A stretch of DNA of 64,000 nucleotides from the human T2T-CHM13v2.0 reference genome, Homo sapiens: the NCBI RefSeq assembly GCF_009914755.1, contig NC_060927.1. The stretch is one strand, 5' to 3'. Below the pieces are notes generated by a model, which saw only the letters and a program-made list of their open reading frames with translations, had not been told where the DNA came from and ran no database searches. Within the stretch, counting starts at the first letter, position 1, and every line of letters starts with the position of its first letter. Both the position numbers and the translations under genes were made by a program. Positions 1 to 12,882 of this stretch are shown in pieces.

Positions 1-324
1 GGCAATTATATCAATAATAGTGGAAGCAGAAACATGTAGTCACAGCAAGGTTTACATGGAACATAGTATTTATATTACACATACACACACACATACACAC
101 ACAAAGAAGAAAAGTACAGGAGAAAATAAGAAGTGGTTTAACTCAAAAGTTTTTCTGATAATTAGATAATTTATTTTATTATACTATTTTAGAGTAACAA
201 TCTAGTTTGTTCTTAATATTTCTTTACTGATAGTAAAATTGTTTTCTTTTTTATATTATAAAATTGATTTTTGTTTATTTTATGGCAAATATTGTGTAAA
301 ACAGATAAGCAAAATGGCTATGTT

Positions 325-1009
325 TTAATCAGACTAGGCTAGATTGTGCCATGGCAACAAAAAAGTCCCTAAATCTCAGGGGCTTAAAATAAACTAACAA
401 AAAACGTTTATTTTTCTCACTCATGCAATACTACCAATTGTGAGTTGTTGCATTAGTCTGCTTGGACTACCAGAGCAAAATACCACTCGCTGAGTGGCTT
501 AAGCAACAGATACTTATTTTCCCAGTTCTGGAAGCTCAAAATCCAGGATGCTTTCAGTGTCGGTTTCTGGGAAAACCTCTAATTTGGATTTATAAACAGG
601 TGACTTTGCATCTCGTCTTCACATGCATCGCCTTTCTTCTGCACAGAGAGACAGAGAGAGAGAGAGAGATCTAGTGACTCTTCCTCTTCTAAACTTCTAA
701 CCAGATAGAGTAGCATCTTGATGACCTAATTTAATTATTATTACCTCTCTATATGCCTAATATGCAAATATAGTAACTTTGGGGGCTAGGACTTCAACAC
801 ATGAATTTTGGGGAGACATAATTCAGTTCATAATAGTTGCTTTGAAAGTCACACGACCATAAGTAACTTCAAAGGAGAGATGCAATCCTATGTATCATGA
901 TCCTTTCTATCCTATCATGATCCTTCAAAGGAGAGATGCAATCCTGTCTATCATGATCCTGAAAAGAGAAAAACTGGAATATTGATCAATATCTCAAATG
1001 CCTATTACA
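325..1009 (-). mobile_element. Old MaLR LTR (MLT1K/L-like), split by the younger MLT1A-like LTR at 449-835
   Basis: 325-440 'taatcagactaggctagattgtgcc...aaatctcaggggcttaaaa...tttatttttctcactcatgc' and 841-1009 'aagtcacacgacc...aacttcaaagg...tgcaatcct...aatgcctattaca' resemble the two ends of an MLT1K-type LTR in antisense. Subfamily from memory. Confidence 0.6.
449..835 (-). mobile_element. MLT1A-like MaLR solo LTR
   Basis: Starts 'tgcattagtctgcttggactaccagagcaaaataccac...ggcttaagcaacaga' and ends 'ttcaacacatgaattttggggagacataattcagttcataata'. Near-perfect 5-bp TSD gttgt (444-448) / gttgc (836-840). Confidence 0.85.
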
Positions 1010-3180
1010 ATAGTATAATGTTCTATTGCATTATTGTTTTTTATAACTAATCAATAATGCCCTGATTATTATTTTCCCATTATGAATTCCACACAAAAAT
1101 TCTTAGAAGTGGAATAGATATATTAAACTATTTGGAACATTTTTAGCCTTTTATTATGTCTTGACAATTTTGCTCCAAAAAATATTGTGGAATCATCCCA
1201 ATTTCTTAAATTCTTGCAAAAATTAGGCATTATTACTTAAGAAGAAGAGAAGGAGGACAAGAAGAAAGGAGAAAGCCTTTGCCAAGCATTGTGTCAAAAA
1301 ACACTATTTAATTGCTTTAATAAACTTTAAAAAATGTTATTACTATACAGGCTTATTTTTATCTTTTTGTTTGTGTATATTTTTGATGATATGAAAAATT
1401 TAGTCACTATTTAAATTTAGTCACTATTTGGTTAATTTTTTTCTCAGAGAAACATTTGTCATTCAGTAATAGACATTTTACCTATCCTAAATTATTTACT
1501 ACTTTGTAAAAGGACTCTAAATTCTAATTATATATAAAATATTTTACACACATACTGGCCAAAAATTCCAAATAAGGAATTGATATTTAGCAAGACCTTA
1601 TACTGACAAATACCTCAAAGATAAAACTTTAAAAGTAGATGTAACTTTGCCTTTCGCTGAGCCTATTTTTATTATGAAGGCAAGAACTCATATGCCACAA
1701 CTGAAAGCATATCTGTAATATCAGAAAGAAGACCACCTTTTTCCAAGAATAATATTAGAATCTGACAGCTGAATAAAACATCTCTAATCTTTACCATTGC
1801 CTCTTTATCTCTTTATCTCACCAGAAACCTGAATTAAAGGTTAGTGGCCCCTGAAGAAGATACAAGTCCATTGAATCCACTGAGTGCTGAACTTCCTCCT
1901 GGCCCTACTGAGCCTGGTAGTCTTCAGCTGGATGTGAGATCTTGCCTCAAGCTATTTACACCATGATCAGGCTAGTAATTAGCAAAATGTTTAATATAAT
2001 ATAGAAGCAATTAGGAGGTGATAACATGCAATTAAGATGTGTTTTCAGATTAAAGATTTTATAGTGCTCTTTTTCTTGAAAAGATAAAGTGCCTATCTCA
2101 AAATGTCAAACTGCAGTGATTTAATCTGAATTATTTTCAATTAATATGCATGTATGCTAGTGATGTGTTCACCGTTGTTATTGACATTGATAAATTAAGC
2201 TCATCCCAGCTGAATTTATCCTTGAGTCACTCTATATTTCCTGAATGTCAGCTCTTCATTCGTATTTTTTTTTCTTTGCCTACAAGCTGTGCGTGATCTA
2301 ACTCTAAGTCCCTTGATTCATCCCTGGGATTACAGTGATGTGTCAGTCTAGAGGAACAATAATCTGAAAGGGCATTGTTATAAATAGAGTGTTAGAATAT
2401 AATTGTTTGTCATGTCATTTCTCCCCTTTAAATTCCCTTGAGTCCTGTTGAAGTAATTTAGACAGCTAAGATGACAAGAGTCTTGAGACTGCACTTATAG
2501 AGTTGTCCAACACATCTTTAGCCTATTCTGCCTTTTGAGACCATCTCATCTATAAAGTAGGAAATGCAAACATCAAATGAGTTTTGACTACAGTGTGGGT
2601 TTAATTTGAGAGTTTACACAGGCTACTCTCTGTACAATAAAATCATTATGTCTCCTAATTCATCTGTACTTGTTGGAACAATGGCTATTAAATGGCATTT
2701 AAAATTAATTAGAAATAATCATGAATAAGCACAGCAGCTATTGAAGATAACTTAGGGAATAAAATATTTAACGTGTGGGGTACTTTTTTTCGTAAACAAA
2801 ATGTGTAGATGAATAGTTAAGAGTAAAATATTTAATTTTTAACTAAAAGACCTGGGGAAAGCTATTATTTTATCTCAGCTGCACGATTTGGAAATTAAGA
2901 ATAATATTCCTAATAATAATTATAGTAGTAATGTATATGCTATATAATAGTGATAAAATTAGAACAAGTTTACTATTTCTTTCCAACCAAGATGTATAGA
3001 AATGCCCCAAATTTGAGAATTATTAAGCACTTCAATTTATAATCAATTTAGCAATTAAAATCCTACTTTTACTAATTGTAAACAAGAGTAATTTAAGAAG
3101 TTAACAGTTCATAGGGAAATCAATATGTTTTATGCCGTGGTGGATTTATACATACATTTATTGGACATAGTAAATAGACA

Positions 3181-3399
3181 TTTATTTTATTTTATTTTCT
3201 TATACTTTAAGTTCTGGGATACATGTGCAGAACGTGCAGGTCTGCTACATAGGTATACGTGTGCCATGGTGGTTTGCTGCACCCATCAACCCGTCGTCCA
3301 GGTTTTAAGCCTGCATGTATTAGGTATTTGTCCTAATGCTCTCCCTCCCCTTGCCTCCCATCACCCAACAGGCCCCCGTGTGTGATGTTCCCCTCCCTG
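3181..3399 (-). mobile_element. 5'-truncated L1PA 3' end (L1PA8/10-like)
   Basis: T-rich tail, then 'tatactttaagttctgggatacatgtgcagaacgtgcagg...ggttttaagcctgcatgtattagg...tgtgatgttcccctccctg'. TSD aatagaca(t/c)ttattt on both sides. Confidence 0.92.
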
Positions 3400-3564
3400 A
3401 ATAGACACTTATTTCAAAATTGAATGAATTTTTTTAAGCCTATCCAAATTCGCTAAAATGAATGAAGTAAATGCTTTGAGAAAAATTAGTATTTATAAAG
3501 GAAGAATTTAACATTTATTTGCTTGGTAGGCTTTGTGAGTTTGCCATTGTCAGTGATCGTGGCC

Positions 3565-4462
3565 CATGGCCTTTCAAGTGGGTTGTATGCACCTAGGTAA
3601 ACTAGACAATTGCTTCAAGTGTGAAAACAAAATATTTGAACTTTAAGTTACATATTTACATTTTACCTGAAAAAGAAGTATATTATACTTTATTAATATT
3701 TAATATATAATTGACATCCCTGTCCTCACACTGTCCTGTGTCAAGAACCTTTGTGCAATGTGCCCTAGGGCAAGAGAGTAAGTTCACAGCATGAAGGTAT
3801 CAATGGAGGAATCATCAAGACATCTTTTTACTTTGGATGTATTTCCATATAGTGTATAGTTAAGTGGCTTTGTTAACTATGTTACTTAGTTTTAATTAAA
3901 CTAACCATCACAAAATTGACAAGTGACTTTACAGGTTTCCTGCAAAGAAAATGCAGCTGAACATACTCATCGTGCAAATTCAAGTGAATTTCAACAAAAA
4001 TCTTTGCATAATTAGAGAAGAGATTTAAAAATTAGCATTCTGATTTAGTAAGAGAGACCAATAATACACTTCTTCCATTTGGGACTACTTGTCTTTGAGA
4101 AGTATCTGTTTCAGTGGTGACAGTAAGCAGGTATCAATACAAATTGAACTTAAAACTAGAACTTTGAATAAATGTCTACATTTCAAATTATGAAAGTAGC
4201 ACATTTAAATCGCAAATACTAACAAATGGCATGACTTCCATCAAATATTGTTTGAGTAATAGAGTTGGCAACATTAATAAGTAAAGTAGATACTTTAACA
4301 TTTTGTTTATTCTAGACCATTTCATTCTAACTTTTGGAGTATACTACATATATTAGTGTAATTAGAAATATATGTATTAAAACTAAAAATAGTCATTTTT
4401 TTTCAAGCATTTGGCTAAATCAAGCAAAGTTATCACCTGATCAAAAAGTGTCAAGACCCCTG
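3565..4462 (+). mobile_element. hAT-Charlie DNA transposon, internally deleted fossil
   Basis: 4069-4113 translates to LLPFGTTCL*EVSVS, resembling the Charlie/Buster transposase C-terminal motif LLPFxTTYLCExxFS. Right end 'aaaaagtgtcaagacccctg' is a Charlie-type terminus. The left end is degenerate. Confidence 0.7.
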
Positions 4463-5699
4463 TGGTAGACAATGAGTTATTTGGCACTCAATATACTGAA
4501 GTTTATGAAGAGTGTGTAAGTGTGACTATAAGCTGAAACACACACGTGGGTGTAAAAATGCACACTCCTAATATATAAGCACATGTAGACATATACATTC
4601 ATTCAATATTCCTGTTGTATAGCTTGGAAATGATTCCAAACACTTCTATAATTGGCTACATGAATGATACATGTTTTGTTGTAATAAAAATTTGGAGTTT
4701 ATTTTTCCTTTCTTCTAGAGGGTGACATTAGATTCCATGTGTGAGAACTTAGAGTGAACTCCCTCTTTCCTCAGGAATGTTACATCACATTTTGTCAGAT
4801 TCCATATGTTACTTACTAGCCTCAACCCACTGGACTTCGAAATACATATAGATTCAAGATCTTGACAGACACTTTGAGATTTTAAACTGTGGCAGACTAC
4901 ATTTGTCAGCCTTTGAGCCATTCTCCAAAACTTTGCCCATTGACCCAGGCACTGGTTTCTAGCATGGAGAGAACCTTATGTATCATAGGTCTTCACTGTG
5001 TTGGAGAACTGCTCTATAAAGGTACACCTCAAACTTTAATCAGACTTTACTTCCCACAGAGGCCAGCTTCCATCCTAATTGAGCATCTAGACTTTAATAA
5101 TTTTGGAACTCACTCACTTTGTGGTTAATGTACCTGATTTATCTAATGTATTCCCTGTGAGGTTTGTTCTCATTATTTTCCCCGTTTAAGCATTGTGAAT
5201 GCAAGAAAAAATTATTTGTATGACAATAAACTGTGTGATTTGTGAAATCATATTTGATCATCTCCTTATTGTAACCATACAAAGCAACAACTTAATTAAA
5301 CATTAAGATAGCATACTAAGTACAGGATAAAATATATGTGGGGATTTTTGCCTTCAAAGGATCATAGTGTAAAATTCCCATATGTTTGCCCCAAAATGAT
5401 TTAAAAGGAGCATATAATGGAGAGGTCAGTAGAATACATGGTCAAATTATGTGTTAGAAAAAAGCCTGATAACTATCCTATGGTAGGAACAAAACACTTA
5501 TTTTTTCTGTGTAAATTATAAGTAATTATTTATAAGTATAAAATACTTTTATGTCATAAACATAAAAGTATAAACACATATGCAGTTGAATTCCATGCAA
5601 TTGGCATCTTTTTGGGTCAAAAGATGCCATATATTGGTGATTTATCTCCACCAAACATCACAGAAAAAATTAATCTTGATTTTATGCAGCTCCTATTAC

Positions 5700-5770
5700 T
5701 TTCTAAATCTGCAGATGCCTAAAGGAATGCCTGATCCGTCGTAGCTGTGCAGTAAATATTTGCTGAGTAA
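5700..5770 (+). mobile_element. L2 3' terminal fragment
   Basis: 'atgcctaaaggaatgcctgatccgtcgtagctgtgcagtaaatatttgctgagtaa' resembles the L2 3' end. Confidence 0.55.
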
Positions 5771-7024
5771 ACACTATTATTAGCACAGCATTTCTCACAC
5801 ATTATTGCCCACTCATGATAATAACCATCTCCCCACTCTCAACTTCTTTCTCGAAGACTCTATTCCTTGCTGTCCACAGCTAATGGACAAATACTATGTT
5901 AGGCCAATCTAATTCTCTCTCCTCAAAATGAGAAACTGGAAATCCAGAGTAGGCAGAAGCAAACCATCTAAATAAGTTGGTAAGGTTTCTTGAGACCCAG
6001 AACAGGCCAAAGCTGTGAGGCACTTGGTATATACACAGCATTAGGATGACTAAATATGCATTCTGAAGAATAGTTACCTGGGCAAACCAATTCACATAGA
6101 CATTAGGTTCCTGTTTGCACTGGGCAACTGCAAGTCCAGAGACAGAGAACAGACATTATAAATCTGGCTATTTGATTTTTAAATTTCAGTGAATTATGTT
6201 CTACTATAAGGACAAATTTCTACATGGCTAACCAAATCAGACAATACCTAGAAATTTGATTGAGTTGTTTTTCTAGTTTCAGAAATTTTCTCAAACGATT
6301 TTTACTTCCCAAGGAAATGTGAATAAACACTGTGTTCAATATTAGATAAATCTAATTTTTCAGTGTTTTCTGATTCTACAATGTACTTAGAGATAGTCTT
6401 AGAAAGATTAATTAACAAATCATGTTGGCAAAATAATAAAAAATAATGATCCTTGTGGATGATATCACTTATGCAGATTTACTCACAAATCAAAGTTATT
6501 TAAATTAACTAATATTAAAATTTTAAATGTTAAAACTTTGTGAATTTGGTAAAATAATCTCTTGAAATCAATCAGATTAAGGAATTTTTACTTTGGAAAT
6601 CTTATTTTATTTTCAGAATTGGCAAAATAAAATATTATTTTAAGGATTTTTATATCAATAGAACATAAACCTTTTATCTACACGTCTGTAAACATGAATA
6701 CTTTATCTATAAATCATTTCATACATGTAGATGGGTTTTATTTAATACAGGGGCCTCAATAGAATATGTTTTTTCATATTATTATAAAACAAAGTTTAAG
6801 ACTAATTTTTAAAAAATATCCCACAAAGTTTATTTTGAATAATCTAAACATATGATATTATAGGGAAATTGCTATTACTTTTCTCAGAGAAGTAACATCC
6901 ATCAAAAACTAAAACCAAAGTTTCTAATATGTGTATAATTTAAAGTTAATTTCTCAGTGAGTCCCCTTTCTGGACATGATCACATAAAAAACACTTATCT
7001 CTTAATTAGTATTCTAATTAAGGA

Positions 7025-7058
7025 ATATATATATATAGAGAGAGAGAGAGAGGGAGAG
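7025..7058. repeat. (TA)n(GA)n compound microsatellite
   Basis: Read directly from the sequence. Confidence 0.9.
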
Positions 7059-10000
7059 ACAGAAATGTATGTCTTATAAACAATGTATATCTTACAAACA
7101 TTGAGAACATAAAGTATATAATATGTATAATACAAATTTGAGAACATGCAGGCTTTTTAACTTACTGAAATATTTCATTTCATCAGTAACTAAGCTAAGA
7201 ATCTGCAGTGCAGTCCTTTAAAATCTTCCTGATCAAATTTAATTTTACTGGGTGATATAAAGTATCTATTTACATTCCCAACCCATTAAAGAAAATTGTA
7301 AAAAGAGTTTTAACAACTGTGCAGTTTAGTTACAATTGTTTGCTAATAAAATACTAATTTTATTTCAGAGAAAGTAAAAATTACTGAGAGTAGCAAAGCC
7401 CAAACTAACACACAGACTTCATTATGTTCCACCTAGACGTATGCATGTGTTTATAAAATCTGGGCTCTCTGCTTTACAATACATAGAATAACTAACTAAT
7501 TTTGAAAATCCGATCTTGAACCTAATTCAAGGGGTAAACCTCTCAACTTAACAAAAGGAATTATTGCCGGAGATTAAACTGCTTGATGTTCTTCATTGTT
7601 CTAGTTGAGTCAGGAGGGAATATTAATTGAGATGTGCCATAGATTCCGGTGTGTGTTCCACAGTGGTTCACAGGTTTCCTGGTGGTCCTTCCAACGGGAA
7701 TAGCATAAATGAGTGGAATCAGAAGGATCATTCTGAACCACAGTAGTTAAACCATTGTTCTGTTTGGCACAAAGGTAATGGTTGGTTGATTTGCTTTATT
7801 TCTGTGCTGTTCTGATTTTTCCCCCCATACACCCTAATCTCTATCACTTCCTCTGTGAGTCATCAGCAGCTGGACCCAGAGAGAGACCACGGGAACTGGC
7901 TCCCGGAAAAGAGCTCTAATGGAGCTATTACTCAAGTTCAATTCTCTTTAAGTCTGGTAAGAACTGTGAGTTATAAGGAGATAGAGAAAAGAATTATTTT
8001 GCATTTTATGCTTTGAAGAGACTCCAAATCATGCTGACCTATTTGTATTTCTGTGCAGACACATGATACATATATTTCTCTCAATAGTTCTTAACAAACA
8101 ATATAATTTAGATTTTAAAAAGTAAGTATTTTCATTGTTACTTACAATAATTTAATTATTCCTGCTGGATTGTTTTGTTTATTGGTTTTGATTCGGAGTA
8201 GTTTTTTGTTTGTTTGTTTTTGTTTTTACAAATTTGAGAAGCAAAATTTTAGCATCTTTTTCCCACACACAGTATATCCACAATTCCTGCTAGTCTACAT
8301 CTGGTACAGTTACCATTATAACCTCCTTTAGATATAAACATCCTCATTTTCTCACAACACAAGGGGATCTTGAATTGGATTCACAAAGAACAGCTTGATT
8401 TATAGTTGTTTTCTCTCCATTCTATTTGGAAAAAACCTTAGCATGGCATCAGGCTTTGATACGAGGGAGTTCCCACAGTCTGCTGGCAAAATTTCGCGGA
8501 TTGCATATCAACACCAGAGATTAGGCTGGAGTTTACATTTACTAAAGAGGGGGATGTTGCCTGCACCTGAAATTGGCTGTGGTGTTGGCTATTTAACAAG
8601 ACTGAATCGAGAGCCCAAATTTCAGACTTCTCTTGTTATTTAATTCCTCATTTAGAATCTCTGATTACTTCAACTCAAGCAAGATATTTTAAAATTGTAA
8701 AAATATTATTAAAGAAAGCTTATTGATTAGTACATGTCTCTTACAGGTGGTATAAAGGAACTTTACAGAAAAGTGTAATCACAGATAATAGCGACTCTTT
8801 GTTGACTAACAGTATGAAGGAAATAAGATGAGATATCTGATAGCAATTATGCAAATAGAGAGTTTGTGGTGCGCAAGCCTCCCTTCCTCGTACAGTTTTT
8901 GTTTATTTGTTTGTTTTTGTCCATTAGCTGTCATCTTTCAGCACCCAGTGTCTCTTTGCTCTCAGTCCTCCATCTCTGTCTTCCTAGCATGTCATGTGTT
9001 GTCGAGGAGGCTCAAGCTACCAAACCCAATCTGTGCTTCATCCCTGAAGGGGCATGTCTCCTGAGACTCTTTAGGCATTCTTCCCTCCCATACATACTAA
9101 AATGCTGGAATGGTTAAAAAAGATCTAATGATTTGCCCTACTTAGAAATATTTTCAGCCAATTAAAGACTTCGGAAAAAGGCAGTACAAGTGTCTCATAC
9201 ATCTACATTTAAAGTCTATTTCCCCAGAAGGGGATTAAGTCTAAATTATTGTGTCAGTAAGAAAATTACTTTTTTAGCCTTGGTTATATTATGAATTGGG
9301 AAGTTTTAAATATTGCATCTGTTGGTATTCATTCATTCCAAAAATGTATTTTTGGTGTCACAGAAATGCCTGCCAAAAATGTAAAGTTACTTTTGTTAAG
9401 AGAATTTTAATTATCTCTATGTGAATTTAAAGAAAGTCTTTCAAGAGTTGAGAAATATTAGGAGATTTAGAGACTCACTGTTTGTAAATCCCACATAAGA
9501 CTTCAGCAATAGATGGCTTTAAAAGTAACCACCTAAAGTCCTGAAACTAGCTTTTTATTTAAAAATTTGTATTGTATATTTCATGGCATTGCCAGGTATT
9601 TTAGAGTCATGATTCCATACCAGAAAATTTCAGCACGCCTATTCAACTAGTTTTTGCAAATGGGTAACATAGTAGACAAGCAAAGTTCTACCAGTTCAAA
9701 TGTAAATTAATTTTTGGTTAAAAAAATTAAGATTTACTCACTCATCTTTTGGATAAATTTAATTACTCATCTCATGTTTTGGAGAAATTCTCTAAGTTTT
9801 ATAGCATTCAACTGCGAATTAATCCCTGATTAATGCTCGTCTGCTTTCATGGATGATCTCTGTTACTAGGAACGTAATACTTTCTCCATATGTTTTAGGT
9901 TTTATTCATACAGCATGTATTAGTTTTACATAATAAGACATCTGACAGTTTTCTAATCTTTAGACATATAAAAGGTTGGGATAAACCTGAAGGCCTTTTG

Positions 10001-10212
10001 GTTATACCCAGTTGTAACACAGGTGTTTGTTTTGGAATGAAAATGTGTTTCTTCTCTAAATTTTTTGAACTATTTACAACTGCTTATTTTCTTATGCTAC
10101 CAACAATATTCAGGATGACGCTTGAAATACTCTAAAAATATAAAGTAGCCTCAAGGACCTGTGTTGTATTTAAAAAATAAAACTGATTCCAATGAGAAAT
10201 TCCAAAACAGAT

Positions 10213-10214
<2 letters not shown>

Positions 10215-10246
<32 letters not shown>
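10215..10246. repeat. (AGAT)8 tetranucleotide STR
   Basis: Perfect AGAT run of 32 bp. Confidence 0.97.
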
Positions 10247-10249
<3 letters not shown>

Positions 10250-11317
10250 GATCTGATGAGGCATGCTGATAGAAAACAACCTTGTATTGATTAATTTCCC
10301 CTTTATATTACTTTCTAATTTTCTCCTCAAAGATTTGTTAAGCATCTTTTATATATAAGGCATAGTGTTGGAAGTTTTTTTTTTATATATCACAAGTGTT
10401 ACAAAGTCCTTCAGCGTTAAAAAAAATGATCAATAGTAAAACTATAGTCACCTTGATACTCGCTGTACAATTCTTTGTAAAATATCCTTTTTATCCTCTT
10501 GAATAAGTTTGCAAATACTTTATTTCATAAAGTCTCTGTATTCTAAGAAAACAGAAATGAAAACAACTCTTAGTTTCTTCTCTAAGATTTTCCAACTTAT
10601 GCCTTACCCTTCTACCCATTACTGTACATCCTAGCAGCAGACAGCAAGAGAGAAACAGGTTACAGTCCTTCTAGTCAGTCATGATCAAAACTGTGCATAA
10701 ACTAATAATAAAAAGTAGAAAGAACTCTGAGAAACCATCTCTTTCTCCTGACACTGTTGTGGATGAAGAGCTGCAGCGTGAGTTTTAGAATACCTGCTCT
10801 TCAGAGAAAGTATTCCCCTGAGAACCAGGCATTGGCTTCAGCCGTAGGCACCTGGTTTGAGAATGGACTCAGTGATGGCTTTAAGAGTAAGGTAGAAAAC
10901 TAGAGCTGGAAAGTTGAATACTAGAAAGAAAAATGCTGGGAGTCTTTCAGGTTACCACTAACAGGACATTCTCACCATCACTGTCCCTAATAGCTTACTT
11001 TGCTTGGTACCAGTTGTATTTTTTGGATGCTCAGGCAGACTGCAGAAAATGTGACCTAAAGGATATTTCATCAAAAAGGGGTTTTGGGACTGTATAAATG
11101 TTGGAGGTCAGTCTTCATAAGGGAAATCTCGGGGCCAATAGCAACATGAGAATAAACTTGTGGGGAAATTATTTATTGCCTCTTAGGAGAAATAAGGCAG
11201 TTTTCCAAATACATTAAGATCTTTTGGTAGAAAAAATCATTCCAGACTGTGAAAGTGTTTCTTTCATTGCATTCACTGAACACTTGGAAACTAAATGAAA
11301 GAATTATATCTGAAGCA

Positions 11318-11660
11318 CAGGTTGAGTATCCCTCATCCTAAATGCTTAGGATCAGAGGTGTTTTGGATTTGGGGATTTATTTTTTTTGATTTTGCAATAT
11401 TTGCATATACATAATGAGAAATCTTTAGGATGGGATCCAAGTCTAAACATAAAATCCATTTATGTTTCATATATATCTTATACGCATAACCTTAAGTTAA
11501 TGTTATATAATGTTTTTAGTAATTGTATACATGAATCAACATTTTGACTGTGTTTTGACTGTGATTTGTTGCATGAGGTCATGTATGGAATGTGGCGTCA
11601 TGGTGGCACTCAAAAAGTTTCACATTGCAGAACATTTCAGATTTCAGGGTATTCAACTTG
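11318..11660. mobile_element. Tigger4b-like (MER46/Zombi) TcMar-Tigger element
   Basis: Terminal inverted repeats 'caggttgagtatccct' and 'agggtattcaacttg' followed by TA. Internal 'gggatccaagtctaaacataaaatccatttatgtttcatat'. Confidence 0.85.
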
Positions 11661-11779
11661 TACTATCTATTAATTTACAAGTTTCAATTTGTACCCATGT
11701 GTAAAAATATCACAGTGCATGAAATCATATCCTAAAATCAGGGAAATCAGAGAAGGCTTTGTTCAAAAAGGAGCAGTAA

Positions 11780-11991
11780 AGATGTGGATCAAAGCATGAA
11801 TGCTGTAGTCAGGCAGATCTGGGTTCAAATTCTAACTCTACCTTCATTAGAAATGTTTTCTTGGGCAAGTTGCTTTACTTCTCTAAGTAGCCTCATCTGT
11901 GCAATGGAAACAATATGATTACCTGCCATATAAACTGATAGTGACTATTCACTGGATTAGCTCAGTGCCTTGAATATAGCAAGATGTCACT
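11780..11991 (+). mobile_element. MIR
   Basis: Core 'ctgggttcaaattctaactctacc...ttgggcaagttgctttacttctctaag...cctcatctgtgcaatgg'. Confidence 0.85.
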
Positions 11992-12882
11992 ACAGACGAA
12001 TTGTTATTTCATCTCAGCATTCCTATAGTAATTTACCAGTGGCATATCAACATCTACATTGGATTGTGATTATTTTTGTATTTAGCTATTGCTTCCATCA
12101 AGTTTTTGTTTCAGGTTTGATCTGCATCTATCTCTTCTTTGTACCACCACATTGCCTTTAAAATTATCTTCCAATGAAAATTTATTTGGCAATTTATTGA
12201 ATTTTTAAATAATTTAACTCTTTTCAAAATGATTTGGAGATGACTCATGAAAAATGTTTACAATATGATTTAAAGAAAAATACACGTACTTATCATAAGG
12301 CCTAATCAATATTTATTTAATGAAATATTAATGAATTTTTGAATTAATTAATTAAAAAACTGTATTTATGTAAGAAAATAAAAGACTCAGATCAGAGCTG
12401 AGAACACCTAATTTTGGATGCAGGTGCTGCCCTTTATAACAGTTTTGGGGAAAGGCTTTATACTTTCCCTCAAATGAAATGCCTTATGTGAAAAGACCAT
12501 CTCATAGTGCTTGGTAAATGAATGATACTCAAGAAAGTTTTAATGATACTGCCTTTAAATGGGCACACATACACAAATATGACTCAGAATTATTTTATTT
12601 TGCTCTTCAGATTTTTATGACTCCCTTACAAAATATGTATCCATGAAGTTATTTCATTTATGAAGCTGAATACAAATAATTTGAGATTATTTACTGAAGC
12701 ATTATAGGAAAATGAAAATTCCTCTAGACACAAATGAAATGTTTTCTTAGATCCTTTCATTTCATCCAAAGTAGGTTTATTCTGTGTCCATTGATAACAC
12801 CATTCTAATAAATTTTAAATGAAGGCTTAACATGAGAATGTAATTTACCTCATACTTCGCAAAACAACTATTTATTGGGCGC

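Noticed and set aside
867-960. CRISPR-like repeat-spacer-repeat appearance
   Set aside because: Only two copies, the spacer derives from the repeat itself, the context is primate DNA inside an LTR, and there are no cas genes.
7718-7737. Short imperfect palindrome tcagaaggatcattctga
   Set aside because: Length and mismatch level are within chance expectation for a 64-kb window.
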